64,000 nucleotides of DNA from Acidimicrobiales bacterium (GTDB lineage Bacteria; Actinomycetota; Acidimicrobiia; Acidimicrobiales; JAUJNH01), in assembly GCA_038255915.1 (NCBI GenBank), contig JBBSKY010000004.1:432-64431 (forward strand). Reading direction: 5' to 3'. Below the pieces are notes generated by a model, which saw only the letters and a program-made list of their open reading frames with translations, ran no database searches and was not told the DNA's origin. Position 1 is the first letter of the stretch. Every line of letters begins with the position of its first letter. Positions 1-9,942 of the stretch are shown piece after piece. Position numbers and translations under genes: made by a program.

Positions 1-171
1 CTGGCGTTCGTGAACGAGGTGGGGGCGATCGCCGAGGCGGCCAACCACCACCCCGACATCGACATCCGCTGGAACGTCGTCACGCTCCGGCTCAGCACCC
101 ACAGCGAGGGGAACGTGGTGTCCGACCGCGATAACGATTTGGCCGCCCGCATCGACCGGCTCGGCTCCTGA
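1..171 (+). CDS. phhB: Pterin-4-alpha-carbinolamine dehydratase, 3' part (runs off window start)
   Basis: Frame 1 reads LAFVNEVGAIAEAANHHPDIDIRWNVVTLRLSTHSEG...DLAARID*; HHPD and TH motifs; TGA overlaps next ATG. Confidence 0.9.
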   Translation: MAFVNEVGAIAEAANHHPDIDIRWNVVTLRLSTHSEGNVVSDRDNDLAARIDRLGS

Positions 172-1865
172 TGGCGTTTGCGGCCGAGCAGCTGCGCCGC
201 CAGCTCGAGCTGGCCCGGAACAAGGGGGTGCTGCCCGGGACCGTCATCGAGGTCGACTGGGCCACGCCGCCGCCCGAGACCATCAGCCAGTCGCCGCTGC
301 AGCTGCTCGCGGCCGGGTTCCAGAAGCCCCTCACCCTCCGCCAGACCGTGGCCGCGCTCGACCGGGCCAGCCGCGACGACCGGGTCAGCGGCCTGGTGGC
401 CCGGGTCCAGCCCACCCTGGTCCCCCTCGCCGTCCTGCAGGAGCTGCGTGACGCCGTCCTGGCCTTCCGGGCCGCGGGCAAGCGGGCCACCGCCTGGGCC
501 GAGGCGTTCCCGGGCAACGGATCGCTCTACCTGGCATCGGCCTTCGACCGGGTCCTTCTGCAGCCGGCGGGAACCGTGGGCCTGGTCGGCGTCTCGGCCA
601 CGGCCAGCTTCCTGGGCGAGACCCTGCCGTGGATCGGCCTGGAACCCGACTTCGCCCAGCGCCACGAGTACAAGAACGCCGTCAATGTCTTCACCGAGAC
701 CGGCTTCACCGACCCGCACCGCGAGGCCACCGAGCGCCTCCTCGAGAGCCAGCTCGAGCAGCTGGCGACCGGCATCGCCGAGGGGCGGGGCCTGACACCC
801 GCCCAGGTCCGGGCGCTGGCCGACCAGGGCCCCTTCGAGGCCGAGGAGGCGGTGGCGGCCGGCCTGGTCGATGCCCTCGCCTTCCGTGACGAGGTGTACG
901 CCGAGGCCAGGGGCGCCGACGCACCCCTGCTCTACCTGGGCCGCTTCGCCAAGCGGGCCCGGCCGAAGAACCTGAAGAAGCTGCCCCGGGTGGCCGTGGT
1001 CCAGATCAGCGGCGCCATCGCCCCGGGCCGCAACGGCGTCAAGCCGGGCCTGCCGCCGGGACCCGGCACCGGATCCGACACCGCCACCGCGGCGATCCGC
1101 GACGCCGTCGCCGACCCGAAGGTGAAGGCGATCGTGCTGCGGGTCGACAGCCCCGGGGGAGCGGTCGGGGCATCGGAGGCGATCTGGCGCGAGGCATCGG
1201 TGGCCCGGGCCGCCGGCCGCCCCGTCGTCGCCTCCATGGGCTCGGTGGCGGCCAGCGGCGGCTACTACGTGGCCATGGGCGCCGACCGCATCGTGGCCCT
1301 GCCTGGCACCATCACCGGCTCGATCGGGGTGTTCAGCGGCAAGTTCGTCACCGCCGGCCTGCGCCGCCGGCTGCGGCTGGCCACCGAGGTGCTGCAGTCG
1401 AACCCGAACGCCGACATGTACGGGACCCAGGCCCCGTTCACGCCGGCGCAGCGGGCCAAGCTCGACACCTCGCTCGACAAGGTCTACGCCACGTTCTCGG
1501 CCCGGGTGGCCGAGGGCCGCGGCCTGTCGGCTGAGGCGGTGGACGCCGCTGCCCGGGGCCGGGTGTGGACCGGGGCTGACGCGGCGGAGCGGGGCCTGGT
1601 CGACGTGCTCGGCGGCTTCGCCACCGCGGTGGGCGAGGCCAAGGTCCTCGCCGGGCTGGCCGCCGACGACCCCGTCGCCGTCGTCGCCTTCCCCAAGGCG
1701 GGCCCGCTCGACCGGTTCCGACCCAAGGAGTCGAGCGAGCCGGCCGCCGCCCGCTTCCTGGCCTGGCTCGCCTGGGCCGTGCTGTCGGGCATCGACCACC
1801 TGGATCACCGCGCGGGACAGCCCGGAGCTCAGGCCACCCTGCCCGGCGACTGGCGGATCGGCTAG
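171..1865 (+). CDS. sppA: Signal peptide peptidase SppA (protease IV, tandem S49 domains)
   Basis: HEYKNA, LRVDSPGG, AASGGYY, TITGSIGV, GRVWTG motifs. Confidence 0.92.
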   Translation: MAFAAEQLRRQLELARNKGVLPGTVIEVDWATPPPETISQSPLQLLAAGFQKPLTLRQTVAALDRASRDDRVSGLVARVQPTLVPLAVLQELRDAVLAFRAAGKRATAWAEAFPGNGSLYLASAFDRVLLQPAGTVGLVGVSATASFLGETLPWIGLEPDFAQRHEYKNAVNVFTETGFTDPHREATERLLESQLEQLATGIAEGRGLTPAQVRALADQGPFEAEEAVAAGLVDALAFRDEVYAEARGADAPLLYLGRFAKRARPKNLKKLPRVAVVQISGAIAPGRNGVKPGLPPGPGTGSDTATAAIRDAVADPKVKAIVLRVDSPGGAVGASEAIWREASVARAAGRPVVASMGSVAASGGYYVAMGADRIVALPGTITGSIGVFSGKFVTAGLRRRLRLATEVLQSNPNADMYGTQAPFTPAQRAKLDTSLDKVYATFSARVAEGRGLSAEAVDAAARGRVWTGADAAERGLVDVLGGFATAVGEAKVLAGLAADDPVAVVAFPKAGPLDRFRPKESSEPAAARFLAWLAWAVLSGIDHLDHRAGQPGAQATLPGDWRIG

Positions 1866-1884
1866 CGAGCCGCTCGGGTCCTGG

Positions 1885-2241
1885 TCAGAGCGTCGCCCGG
1901 CGCACGACCTGCTCGAGGGCCTCGACCTCGTGGACCTCCAGGTCGGCGAACGCCAGGCGGTACTCCCAGCCGTCCTCAACAGCGCCTCCGCCGGCCACCG
2001 TGGCCTCGCACAGCAGGGCCGGCCCATCCGGGAGCTCGAGCTTGACGGTGGCCCGGAGGGCGCCAGGGAGGGGGCCGTCGACCAGGACCCGCGTCCCGCC
2101 GACGCTCAGGTCGACCGTCTCCCCGAGCAGCACCCGGAAGTCGCCCTCGGTGTCGATCAGGCGCAGCGGCAGGCGAACCCGGGCCCGGTGCCAGCGCCGC
2201 CGATCCCTCCCGTCGATCCGCTCTGCCTCGATCACGCTCAT
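1885..2241 (-). CDS. Stand-alone PilZ domain protein (c-di-GMP receptor)
   Basis: DRRRWHR (RxxxR) and DLSVGG (DxSxxG) motifs. Confidence 0.85.
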   Translation of the reverse strand: MSVIEAERIDGRDRRRWHRARVRLPLRLIDTEGDFRVLLGETVDLSVGGTRVLVDGPLPGALRATVKLELPDGPALLCEATVAGGGAVEDGWEYRLAFADLEVHEVEALEQVVRRATL

Positions 2242-2272
2242 AGCAACCCCTCACCTTTCGCCTCAAGCTCAG

Positions 2273-2298
2273 ATCGGTCGCGAAGGTGCTGACCTGAA
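2273..2298 (-). promoter_or_regulatory. Possible sigma-28 (FliA/WhiG-type) promoter of the PilZ gene
   Basis: Minus strand TTCAGG-N14-ACCGAT, about 30 nt upstream of the ATG. Confidence 0.45.
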
Positions 2299-2352
2299 GG
2301 ATGCGGAGGAATCGTCACCCCGAGCCGACCCGACCTCCCCCGCCCGGGTGGC

Positions 2353-3591
2353 ATGCTCCACGGCGTGACCGCCACCCATCCGACCACGACGGCGTACCTC
2401 AGCCGCCTGCAGCGCTTGTCGCTGCTCGACGGTGACGGCGTGGTCATCGGGAGGGTCGAGGACGTGGTCATCGTCCCCTCGACGCCGGGTGACCCCCCAC
2501 CGGTCATCGGCTTCGTGGTGGGCACGCCCGGGCGCCGCCGCATCTTCGTGAACGGCAACAGGGTGGCCGAGATCGACGCCGGCGGGGTGCGCCTGGTGCA
2601 GGGCAGCGTCGACCACCGGGTGTTCCACCAGCGTGACGGCGAGCTGCTGGCCCGGGCCGACATCATCGGCCGGGAGATCGAGGGTGAGGTGGTGGGCGAC
2701 CTGTCGATCATCCCGACGCCCCTCGGCACCCGGGCCTGGCAGGTGCAGGACGTGGCTCTGGTGGCGCCCGGGGTGCTGCGGCGGCGGCGAGTGGGCCGCA
2801 CGGTGACGTGGAAGGAGATGCCCGATCTGTTCGACACCGGCCGCCAGGTCGACCGGCAGGTGGCGGCGCTGCGCGACCTCCACCCCTCCGAGGTGGCGGC
2901 CCGGGTGGCGCGCCTGCCGCTGGCCCAGCGCCGCGTGCTGGCCGAGGCCATGGAGGACCCCGAGCTGGCCGACCTGCTGGAGGAGCTGCCCGAGGACGAG
3001 CAGGTGCGGCTCATCCAGGACCTCGGGGTCGAGCGGGTGGCCATCGTCCTGGGCGAGATGGAGGCCGACGACGCCGCCGACCTGCTGGCCGAGATGGCGG
3101 AGGGCGACCGGGAGGAGGTGCTGGAGGCCATGGACGACGAGGAGCAGGCCGACGACCTGCGCCGCCTCCTGTCCTATGACTCCCGCTCGGCCGGCGGCCT
3201 CATGAACCCCGACCCGCTCATCCTGCGCCCCGACATCACCGTGGGCGAGGCGCTGGCCCGGCTCCGGGCCTTCGACCTGGCCCAGGTCCTGGCCTGCAAC
3301 GTGTTCGTCGCCGAGCCCCCGACCGAGGCGCCCACCGGCCGCTACCTCGGCATGGTCGGCTTCCAGCGCCTGCTGCGGGTCCCGCCCGGCGAGCCGATCG
3401 GCCGGGTGCTCGACGACGAGGCCCCCGAGCCGGTGGCCCCCGAGGCCCCCGAGGGCGAGGTGGCCCGCCGCCTCGCCGCCTACGACGGGGTGGCCCTCCC
3501 CGTGGTCGACCGGGCCGGACGGCTCCTCGGGGCCGTCACCGTCGACGACGTCCTCGACCGCATCCTCCCCGTCGGGTGGCGGCGGCGATGA
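2353..3591 (+). CDS. MgtE intracellular N-domain/CBS protein (no transmembrane part)
   Basis: PRC-like N-terminus, acidic MEADDAADLL repeats, SAGGLM, C-terminal CBS pair (LPVVD...GAVTVDDVLD). Confidence 0.85.
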   Translation: MLHGVTATHPTTTAYLSRLQRLSLLDGDGVVIGRVEDVVIVPSTPGDPPPVIGFVVGTPGRRRIFVNGNRVAEIDAGGVRLVQGSVDHRVFHQRDGELLARADIIGREIEGEVVGDLSIIPTPLGTRAWQVQDVALVAPGVLRRRRVGRTVTWKEMPDLFDTGRQVDRQVAALRDLHPSEVAARVARLPLAQRRVLAEAMEDPELADLLEELPEDEQVRLIQDLGVERVAIVLGEMEADDAADLLAEMAEGDREEVLEAMDDEEQADDLRRLLSYDSRSAGGLMNPDPLILRPDITVGEALARLRAFDLAQVLACNVFVAEPPTEAPTGRYLGMVGFQRLLRVPPGEPIGRVLDDEAPEPVAPEAPEGEVARRLAAYDGVALPVVDRAGRLLGAVTVDDVLDRILPVGWRRR

Positions 3592-3624
3592 TGAGCGCCA
3601 GCTCTGACCGAGGGAGGCCTCCAG

Positions 3625-4224
3625 GTGCCCCGCCGCGACCCGGCCCAGCGCCTGGCCACCCCGGCGGCCGGCGAGGCTCGGCGCATCTCGCCGCCCAGGT
3701 TCAGGCCTGACACCTTCGGCCGCTTCGCCGAGGGCGTCGCCCGCTACCTCGGCACGGCGAAGTACCTCCTGATCCAGACGATCGTCATCATCTTCTGGAT
3801 CGCCTTCACCGAGCTGGTCTTCAACTTCGACAGGTACCCCTACGTCTTCCTCACCCTCATCCTGTCGATGCAGGCGTCCTACGCCGCTCCCCTCATCCTG
3901 CTGGCCCAGAACCGCCAGGAGGACCGTGACCGGGAGGCGCTGGAGCGCGACCGCGACGAGGCCAGGCGCACCCAGCAGGACACCGAGTACCTGGCCCGCG
4001 AGCTGGCCTCCATCCGCATCGCCCTGGCCGACGTGGCCACAGCCGAGGACCTGGAGCGCTCGCTGGAGCGCATCCTCGACGCCAACGGTGCCGCCCGAAA
4101 GAAGGCCAAGAAGAAGAAGCGCCTTGATGACGCTGCGCTGGCCGAGCAGGATCAGGAGCCCGACCTGGACCCCGCTGCTGACGAGGAGGTCCCCGGGGTG
4201 GGGGACGAGGATGTGAGCGGGTAG
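3625..4224 (+). CDS. DUF1003 membrane protein
   Basis: FDRYPYVFLTLILSMQASYAAPLILLAQNRQ signature; usual partner of the MgtE-N/CBS gene. Confidence 0.88.
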   Translation: MPRRDPAQRLATPAAGEARRISPPRFRPDTFGRFAEGVARYLGTAKYLLIQTIVIIFWIAFTELVFNFDRYPYVFLTLILSMQASYAAPLILLAQNRQEDRDREALERDRDEARRTQQDTEYLARELASIRIALADVATAEDLERSLERILDANGAARKKAKKKKRLDDAALAEQDQEPDLDPAADEEVPGVGDEDVSG

Positions 4225-4258
4225 GGACTCGCCGCCCCCTTGTAGCGTTGCGCGCCCT

Positions 4259-5500
4259 ATGGAACCCGGCGCCCATCTCACGCTCACCACCACGGGGGTG
4301 GCGGCGGGCGGCGACGCCCTGGCTCGGGCCGAGGATGGGCGGGTGGTGTTCGTGGGCGGGGCGCTGCCCGGGGAGCGGGTGGTGGCCGAGGTGGTGGCGA
4401 CCAAGGCCGACTTCCTCCGGGCCAACGCCGTCGAGGTGCTCGACGCCTCGCCGCACCGCACCGTCCCACCGTGCGCCCACTTCTTCGCTGGCTGCGGGGG
4501 CTGCGACCTGCAGCACGCCGACCTCGCCGGCCAGCGCGAGGTGAAGCGGGCCATCGTCGTCGACGCCCTGCGCCGCATCGGCCGGATCCCCGAGCCGCCC
4601 GTGCTCGAGGCCGTCCACGGCGTGCCGCCCGACGGCTACCGCACCACGGTGCGGGCCACCGTCGACCCGGCCGGGGTGCCCGGGCTGCGCCGGCGGGGCG
4701 GGCACGACCACGTCGCCGTCCCCGGGTGCGTCATCGCCGCCCCCGCCGTGCAGCAGGTGCTGGCCGAGGGCCGCTTCCCCGGCGCCAAGGAGGTGCTGAT
4801 CCGGGCCTCGCTGGCCACCGGGCACGTGGTGTGCGTCCCCGCCCCCCGGGTGAGCGCCGGGGCCACGGTGCCGGCCGGGGCCAAGGTCATCCCCTCCCAC
4901 GCCCTCGGGCACCGCAACGGGGCCATCACCGAGGTGGTCCACGGCCGACGGTTCCGGGTGTCGGCCCGGTCGTTCTTCCAGTCGGGGCCGGCCGCAGCCG
5001 AGCTGCTGGTCGACGCCGTCGACAACGCCCTGGGCCGCGATCTCGACGACGGCGGCCTGCTGGTGGATGCCTACGCCGGGGTCGGGGTGGTCGGCGCCGT
5101 CCTGGCCGAGCGCCACCCTGGGGTCCGACTGGAGCTCGTCGAGTCGGGCCGGGCCGCGGTCGAAGACGCCCTCCACAACCTGAAGGGCTTCGACGCCGAG
5201 GTGCTGGAGGGCGACGTGACCGCCTGGACGACCGACGAGGAGCCTGCCGTCATCGTGGCCGATCCCGCGCGCACCGGCCTCGGGCCCGAGGCCGCCGATG
5301 CCCTGGCCGCCGCCGGCGCCCCCACCCTGGTGCTGGTCAGCTGCGACCCGGCCGCCCTGGGCCGCGACACCCGCCTCCTCCTGGCCCGGGGCTACGTCCT
5401 GGAGCGGGTACGGGTCCTCGACCTGTTCCCCCACACCAGCCACGTCGAGGCTGTCGCCCGCTTCACCCTGCCCTCCGCGGCCGGCCCTGCGCCAGGGTGA
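4259..5500 (+). CDS. TRAM-domain 23S rRNA (uracil-5)-methyltransferase, RlmD/TrmA family
   Basis: C-x6-CGGC Fe-S motif, SFFQ, DAYAGVG, VSCDP, DLFPHTSHVE. Confidence 0.9.
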   Translation: MEPGAHLTLTTTGVAAGGDALARAEDGRVVFVGGALPGERVVAEVVATKADFLRANAVEVLDASPHRTVPPCAHFFAGCGGCDLQHADLAGQREVKRAIVVDALRRIGRIPEPPVLEAVHGVPPDGYRTTVRATVDPAGVPGLRRRGGHDHVAVPGCVIAAPAVQQVLAEGRFPGAKEVLIRASLATGHVVCVPAPRVSAGATVPAGAKVIPSHALGHRNGAITEVVHGRRFRVSARSFFQSGPAAAELLVDAVDNALGRDLDDGGLLVDAYAGVGVVGAVLAERHPGVRLELVESGRAAVEDALHNLKGFDAEVLEGDVTAWTTDEEPAVIVADPARTGLGPEAADALAAAGAPTLVLVSCDPAALGRDTRLLLARGYVLERVRVLDLFPHTSHVEAVARFTLPSAAGPAPG

Positions 5501-5501
5501 T

Positions 5502-6596
5502 TCAGGCCCAGGCGACGGGCGCCCTGGCCCCGTCGGGGCGCAGCCAGGCCAGGAGGAGGCGGCCCTCGGCGGCGACGGCCCGCTTCTGCGGGGCGGTGAG
5601 GCGCACGAGCGGCCGGAGGGTCATCCCCGCCGGCGCGGCGCGAGGGGTGACGGCCCACATGCCGGCCACGAAGCCGTCGACGAGGAAGGTGGGGGCCACG
5701 TCGCCGTTCTTGGCGATGACCAGCTTGCGGTGGTCGTCGGTCAGCACCCGCTCCCGCCGGGCGTGGGCCAGCAGCAGGCTGTCCCACACGGGCAGGAAGC
5801 GGATGGGCGCCGGGGTGTCGGCCGCCGGCCTGGGGCTGTCCGCCAGGTCGACCAGGGTCCGGCCGTCGTCGGCCCGGAAACGCACCAGGTCGAGGGTGGC
5901 CAGCGCCTGGGCGAAGTCGCGGGCCGGCCGGCCCGACCACGACGCCAGGTCGGCCGGGGTGGCCGGCCCGTAGGCGGCCAGGTAGTCCGACGCCACCTGG
6001 CGGGCGGCGTCGAGCGGGTCGGCCGGCGGCGTGCGCAGGACCTCGTAGCGGCTCTTGCCGACCGTTCCGAACAGGGCGTCGGTGGCGGCGTTGACCAGGT
6101 CGGTGGTGACCGACAGGGCGGCCACCGCGCTGGGCCGGTCGGTAAGCCACTGCGGGTGGGGCTCAGGCACCTGCTCGGCCACGAGCCGGAACACCTCGGT
6201 GCGCGACCGCGGCCGCTCGGCGACCTGGGCGACGACCCGGGCCCGGATGGCGTCGAGGTCGACGCCGAGGCCGTCCAGCAGGCGGAGGGTTCCGTCGTAG
6301 TAGCCGCTGCCGGTGGCCTGCCGGAAGGCGGCCAAGCGGCTGGCGGCCACCAGGTGGAGGGTGCCCCGCATCACCGTGGTCTTCACCACCGACCGGGCCA
6401 ACAGGGCGTCCTCCAGGTCGGCGACACCGAACCCGACCAGCCGTGACCACAGGCCGATGAAGGGGGCGCTCGGGTTCTGGGCCTGCATGCCGGCCAGGTG
6501 CTCTACCGCCGCCAGAGGGCTTAGCGGCACCCGGTCGAGCAGGTGCTGGCGGGCCAGCGTCCACCGGTTCAGCTCCCTCGTGGTGACCGGCTGCAC
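5502..6596 (-). CDS. AlkZ-like (HTH_42) DNA glycosylase
   Basis: TLARQHLL, MQAQ (QxQ), GLWSRL, MRGTLHLV, FLPVWD, DGFVAGMW; start set at GTG 6596. Confidence 0.85.
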   Translation of the reverse strand: MQPVTTRELNRWTLARQHLLDRVPLSPLAAVEHLAGMQAQNPSAPFIGLWSRLVGFGVADLEDALLARSVVKTTVMRGTLHLVAASRLAAFRQATGSGYYDGTLRLLDGLGVDLDAIRARVVAQVAERPRSRTEVFRLVAEQVPEPHPQWLTDRPSAVAALSVTTDLVNAATDALFGTVGKSRYEVLRTPPADPLDAARQVASDYLAAYGPATPADLASWSGRPARDFAQALATLDLVRFRADDGRTLVDLADSPRPAADTPAPIRFLPVWDSLLLAHARRERVLTDDHRKLVIAKNGDVAPTFLVDGFVAGMWAVTPRAAPAGMTLRPLVRLTAPQKRAVAAEGRLLLAWLRPDGARAPVAWA

Positions 6597-6657
6597 GCCC
6601 CCCTTCCTAGCCGGCGGTCGGCTTCGAAGCCTCCACGCCTGAGGGAGAATCGCCGCC

Positions 6658-7503
6658 ATGCGCCCCTGCCTCCTCGCTGTCCACGCTCACCCCGACGACG
6701 AGTCGTCGAAGGGGGCGGGGACGGTGGCCCGCTACGCCGCCGAGGGGGTGCACTGCGTGTTGGTGTGCTGCACCGGCGGCGAGGAGGGCTCGATCCTGAA
6801 CCCGGCCATGGAGCGGCCCGAGGTGGCCGAAAGGCTGCACGAGGTGCGGCTCGACGAGCTAGCCGAGGCGGCCCGCATCATCGGCTACCACGAGATCGTG
6901 ATGCTCGGCTACCGCGACTCGGGGATGCCCGAGACCGAGGCCAACGCCCGGGCCGACAACTTCGCCAACGCCCCATTGGAGGAGGCCGTGGGCCGCCTGG
7001 TGGGCATCCTGCGCCGCCACCGTCCCCAGGTGGTGCTGACCTACGGCGACGACCAGAAGGGCTACCCCCACCCCGACCACCTCCGGGTCCACGAGGTGAC
7101 CATGGCGGCCGTAGCCGCCGCCGCCGACCCGGCCCAGCACGCCGAGGCGGGACCGCCCTGGCAGGTGGCCAAGGTCTACTGGTCGGTCTGGTCTCGGGCC
7201 CGGATCCAGGGCCTGCACGAGAAGTTCCTCGAGCTCGGGCTCGAGTCGCCCTACAGCCCCGAGTGGCTGGAGCGAGCCAGCCAGGACGACACCATCACCA
7301 CGTCGGTGCCCATCAACGGGTTCGAGGACGTGCGCCGCGACGCCCTGCTGGCCCACGCCACCCAGGTCGACCCCACCAGCCCGTTCTGGTTCGGCCTGCC
7401 GTGGGACGTGGCCCGCACCGTCCACCCCTACGACGACTGGGTTCTGGCCGCCTGCACCGTCGCCACCGACCTGCCGGAGTCCGACCTGTTCTCTGGTATC
7501 TAG
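6658..7503 (+). CDS. mca: Mycothiol S-conjugate amidase (PIG-L family)
   Basis: HAHPDDESSKGA, CTGGEEGSILNP, GYPHPDH, ALLAHATQVDP. Confidence 0.9.
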   Translation: MRPCLLAVHAHPDDESSKGAGTVARYAAEGVHCVLVCCTGGEEGSILNPAMERPEVAERLHEVRLDELAEAARIIGYHEIVMLGYRDSGMPETEANARADNFANAPLEEAVGRLVGILRRHRPQVVLTYGDDQKGYPHPDHLRVHEVTMAAVAAAADPAQHAEAGPPWQVAKVYWSVWSRARIQGLHEKFLELGLESPYSPEWLERASQDDTITTSVPINGFEDVRRDALLAHATQVDPTSPFWFGLPWDVARTVHPYDDWVLAACTVATDLPESDLFSGI

Positions 7504-7534
7504 GATCAGCGGCCACACCACCAGAGGGGGAGCG

Positions 7535-7921
7535 ATGGCGAAGTTCTTGTCGCAGGAGTACATGGACCTGCAGAAGAAGCTGGCCGAGGATCAGCCGGAG
7601 CGCCCGGGCACCACGGCCCGGATGCAGTACGTGGTCACCGGCGGCCCCGACGGCGACATCAGGTACTTCTGGGTGCTCGAGGACGGCAAGCTGCTCGAGG
7701 CGGCCCTGGGAGACAAGGACGACGCCGAGGTCACCCTCACCCAGACCTACGACGACGCCGAGAAGATCGCCAAGGGCGAGCTCGACCCCAACGCCGCCTT
7801 CATGCAGGGCAAGATCAAGGTCACCGGCAACATGCAGAAGCTGATGCAGCTGATGCCGCTGACCAACGCCCCGGAGTACAAGGAGCTGCAGAAGGCGCTG
7901 CGAGGCCAGACCGAGTTCTGA
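7535..7921 (+). CDS. SCP2 sterol/lipid-binding domain protein
   Basis: KFLSQEY start; GELDPNAAFMQGKIKVTGNMQKLM. Confidence 0.88.
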   Translation: MAKFLSQEYMDLQKKLAEDQPERPGTTARMQYVVTGGPDGDIRYFWVLEDGKLLEAALGDKDDAEVTLTQTYDDAEKIAKGELDPNAAFMQGKIKVTGNMQKLMQLMPLTNAPEYKELQKALRGQTEF

Positions 7922-7940
7922 CGACCCGGGGCCGGGCGGG

Positions 7941-8735
7941 CTAGACGCCGACGGGGGCCAGCGCCTCGGCGGTGGTGAGGAAGCCCGGGGCGGTGGAGGC
8001 GATGGGCTTGCCCGTCAGGTTCGACAGCAGGGCGGCGTGGCGGAACTCGGTGGCGCCGATCGACATGGTGGCCGAGCTGAGCTTGGGGCCCTTCAGCTGA
8101 CCGACGCTGGCGAGATAGGTGGACGCCGCCTTCACCTCGAGGTCGAGGGCGAAGGCGAGGGCGTCCTCCTCGGAGGCCAAGGCGTCGAGCTGGGGCTTCA
8201 GCGTGGCCAGCAGCACGCTGTTGGGCTCGGTGAAGGCCTTCTCGCCGCTGGCGACGAGCTGGCCGTTGAACATCTTGGCGTGGTCCTTGTGGTGGCCCTG
8301 GAACAGCGTGGCGGCCGCCAGCAGGGCTGGGGTCGTGATCAGCTTGGCGGCGGTGTCGTAGGCCGCCACGGCCAGGTTCTCGAGGCTGGCCGAGAACCGG
8401 AAGATCCGCAGGTCGGCCGGGTCCTCCTTGGTCATCTCGGGCGTGGTGGTGGTGGGGCCGCCGGGCGCCGCCGCAGGAGGGGCGGGCTCGCCGCCGCTGC
8501 AGGCGGCCAGCACCGCGCTGGACAGCACGGCGACGCCGCCCACCCGCATCCACCGGGCCCGCTGGGCGCCGCCGGTGATCACGTCCCACTTGGTGGCCGA
8601 CGGCGCCTCGGCCTGGTACAGCCGGTCGATGCCCTCGGTCGTGGACGCCAGCTCCTCGCGGTGGCAGGCGTCGATCTCCCGCAGAGACCGTCGGACCGCA
8701 TCGTTGCTGATGTCCATGTCTGCTCCTCGTGCCAT
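7941..8735 (-). CDS. Ferritin-like domain protein (Ferritin_2 type), possible lipoprotein
   Basis: SLENLAVAAY, HHKDH, LEVKAASTY, TEFRHAA helices; internal LAAC lipobox-like motif. Confidence 0.82.
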   Translation of the reverse strand: MARGADMDISNDAVRRSLREIDACHREELASTTEGIDRLYQAEAPSATKWDVITGGAQRARWMRVGGVAVLSSAVLAACSGGEPAPPAAAPGGPTTTTPEMTKEDPADLRIFRFSASLENLAVAAYDTAAKLITTPALLAAATLFQGHHKDHAKMFNGQLVASGEKAFTEPNSVLLATLKPQLDALASEEDALAFALDLEVKAASTYLASVGQLKGPKLSSATMSIGATEFRHAALLSNLTGKPIASTAPGFLTTAEALAPVGV

Positions 8736-8742
8736 GGCGATC

Positions 8743-9498
8743 TCAGGCCACGGGGTTCTTGGTGGGGTCGACGAAGCCGGCCTCGGTCTGGAAGGGGGGG
8801 AGCCAGTGCTTCTCCAGGTCCTTCTTCGGGTCTCCCGCGAACAGGATCTGGCCGAGGACGGCGGCGTGGCCGGCTTCGATGGGAAGGATCGAGGCGGTCA
8901 GCTGCTTGAAGCGGAGGGTCTCGAGGGCGCCCAGGGCGAACTGGTAGGTGGCGGCCGCCGCGTTCTCGACCTGGAAGAGCACCCGGACGACCCCCATCTC
9001 GTCGACGGCCTGGCTGAGCTGGGTGCTGAGTGCGGTCAGGAGGTTCTTGTTGGTGGTGCCCGTGGTGATCGCGCCGTTGGCCATGGCGGCGAAGGCGTCG
9101 CCGTGGGCCTGGTGCTGGGCCGAGAAGCTCGCGCCGGCGTCGAGCACGGCCCTGTCGGTGGCCTTGCCGCTGGCGGCCGCGGCGGTGTAGGTAGCCACCG
9201 CGGTGTACTCGAGCGAGGCGGCGAAAGCCGCGATGTCGGCGTCGGTGAGGACCTGGGCGCCGGCCACGCCGCTGAACAGGCTCCGCATCGGCAGCAGCTG
9301 GCTGCCGATGGTGAGGGTGGTGGTGGCGATGGCCGAGCGGATCAGGAAGTCGCGGCGGCTGGCCCCGCCCACCGCCCGGCGGGTCTCGGCGTGCAGCTCG
9401 CGCAGGTCGTCCCCGAGCGTGCCCAACGACTCGTGGTGCTGCTCGTCGTTCTCCCCGACGGCTTCGTTAAAGCGCTCGACGTCGAAGTCGAGGGTCAT
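8743..9498 (-). CDS. Ferritin-like domain protein with Tat motif
   Basis: ATG 9498 with GGAGA RBS; SRRDFL; SLEYTAVATY, QHQAH, VENAAAATY, IEAGH. Confidence 0.82.
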   Translation of the reverse strand: MTLDFDVERFNEAVGENDEQHHESLGTLGDDLRELHAETRRAVGGASRRDFLIRSAIATTTLTIGSQLLPMRSLFSGVAGAQVLTDADIAAFAASLEYTAVATYTAAAASGKATDRAVLDAGASFSAQHQAHGDAFAAMANGAITTGTTNKNLLTALSTQLSQAVDEMGVVRVLFQVENAAAATYQFALGALETLRFKQLTASILPIEAGHAAVLGQILFAGDPKKDLEKHWLPPFQTEAGFVDPTKNPVA

Positions 9499-9524
9499 GT
9501 CGTCTCCTGTTTGTGAGGCGGGGC

Positions 9525-9905
9525 TCAGGCGGTGACCATGACCGAGGCAGTCATGTACTCGTGGATGCCGCAGCGGTAGTTGACCAGGCCGGGCTTGGTG
9601 AAGGTGAAGTCGAAGGTCTCCCCGTTCTTCAGGTCCGGGCTCTTGGTCAGCTCGGCGCCGCCCGTGCCCTCGACGTTGTGGGCCGCATCGTCCTTGAAGG
9701 TCCAGGTGACCTTGGTCCCGACCTTGACCGTGGCCTTCTCGGGCTTGTAGGCGAAGTCCTTCACCTCGATCTGGTCCGTGGTCGCACCGGCCGCACCCCC
9801 GGCCGGGTCGGCAGCCTCGGGCTCCGAGTCGCTCCCGCACCCGGCGAGGGCGACGAGCAGGACACCGGCGGCGGCTGCGGATCTGAGGGAGCGCTTCGGG
9901 GCCAT
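9525..9905 (-). CDS. Cupredoxin (plastocyanin/amicyanin-like) lipoprotein
   Basis: LAGC lipobox; type-1 Cu ligands HNV and C-x2-H-x2-M (YRCGIHEYM). Confidence 0.9.
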   Translation of the reverse strand: MAPKRSLRSAAAAGVLLVALAGCGSDSEPEAADPAGGAAGATTDQIEVKDFAYKPEKATVKVGTKVTWTFKDDAAHNVEGTGGAELTKSPDLKNGETFDFTFTKPGLVNYRCGIHEYMTASVMVTA

Positions 9906-9915
9906 ACGCTCACTC

Positions 9916-9941
9916 TACGGAGCGGTGCCGTCCACAGATGA
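9916..9941 (-). promoter_or_regulatory. SigK-type ECF promoter for the cupredoxin-ferritin operon
   Basis: TCATCT-N15-CCGTA, 10 nt before ATG; resembles mycobacterial SigK consensus CCATCC...CCGAA. Confidence 0.65.
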
Positions 9942-9942
9942 A

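Noticed and set aside
2269..4578. Long antisense or alternate-frame ORFs (also 13643-15952, 32738-35167, 59067-61607 and many others)
   Set aside because: Shadows of real genes caused by high GC; no recognisable motifs
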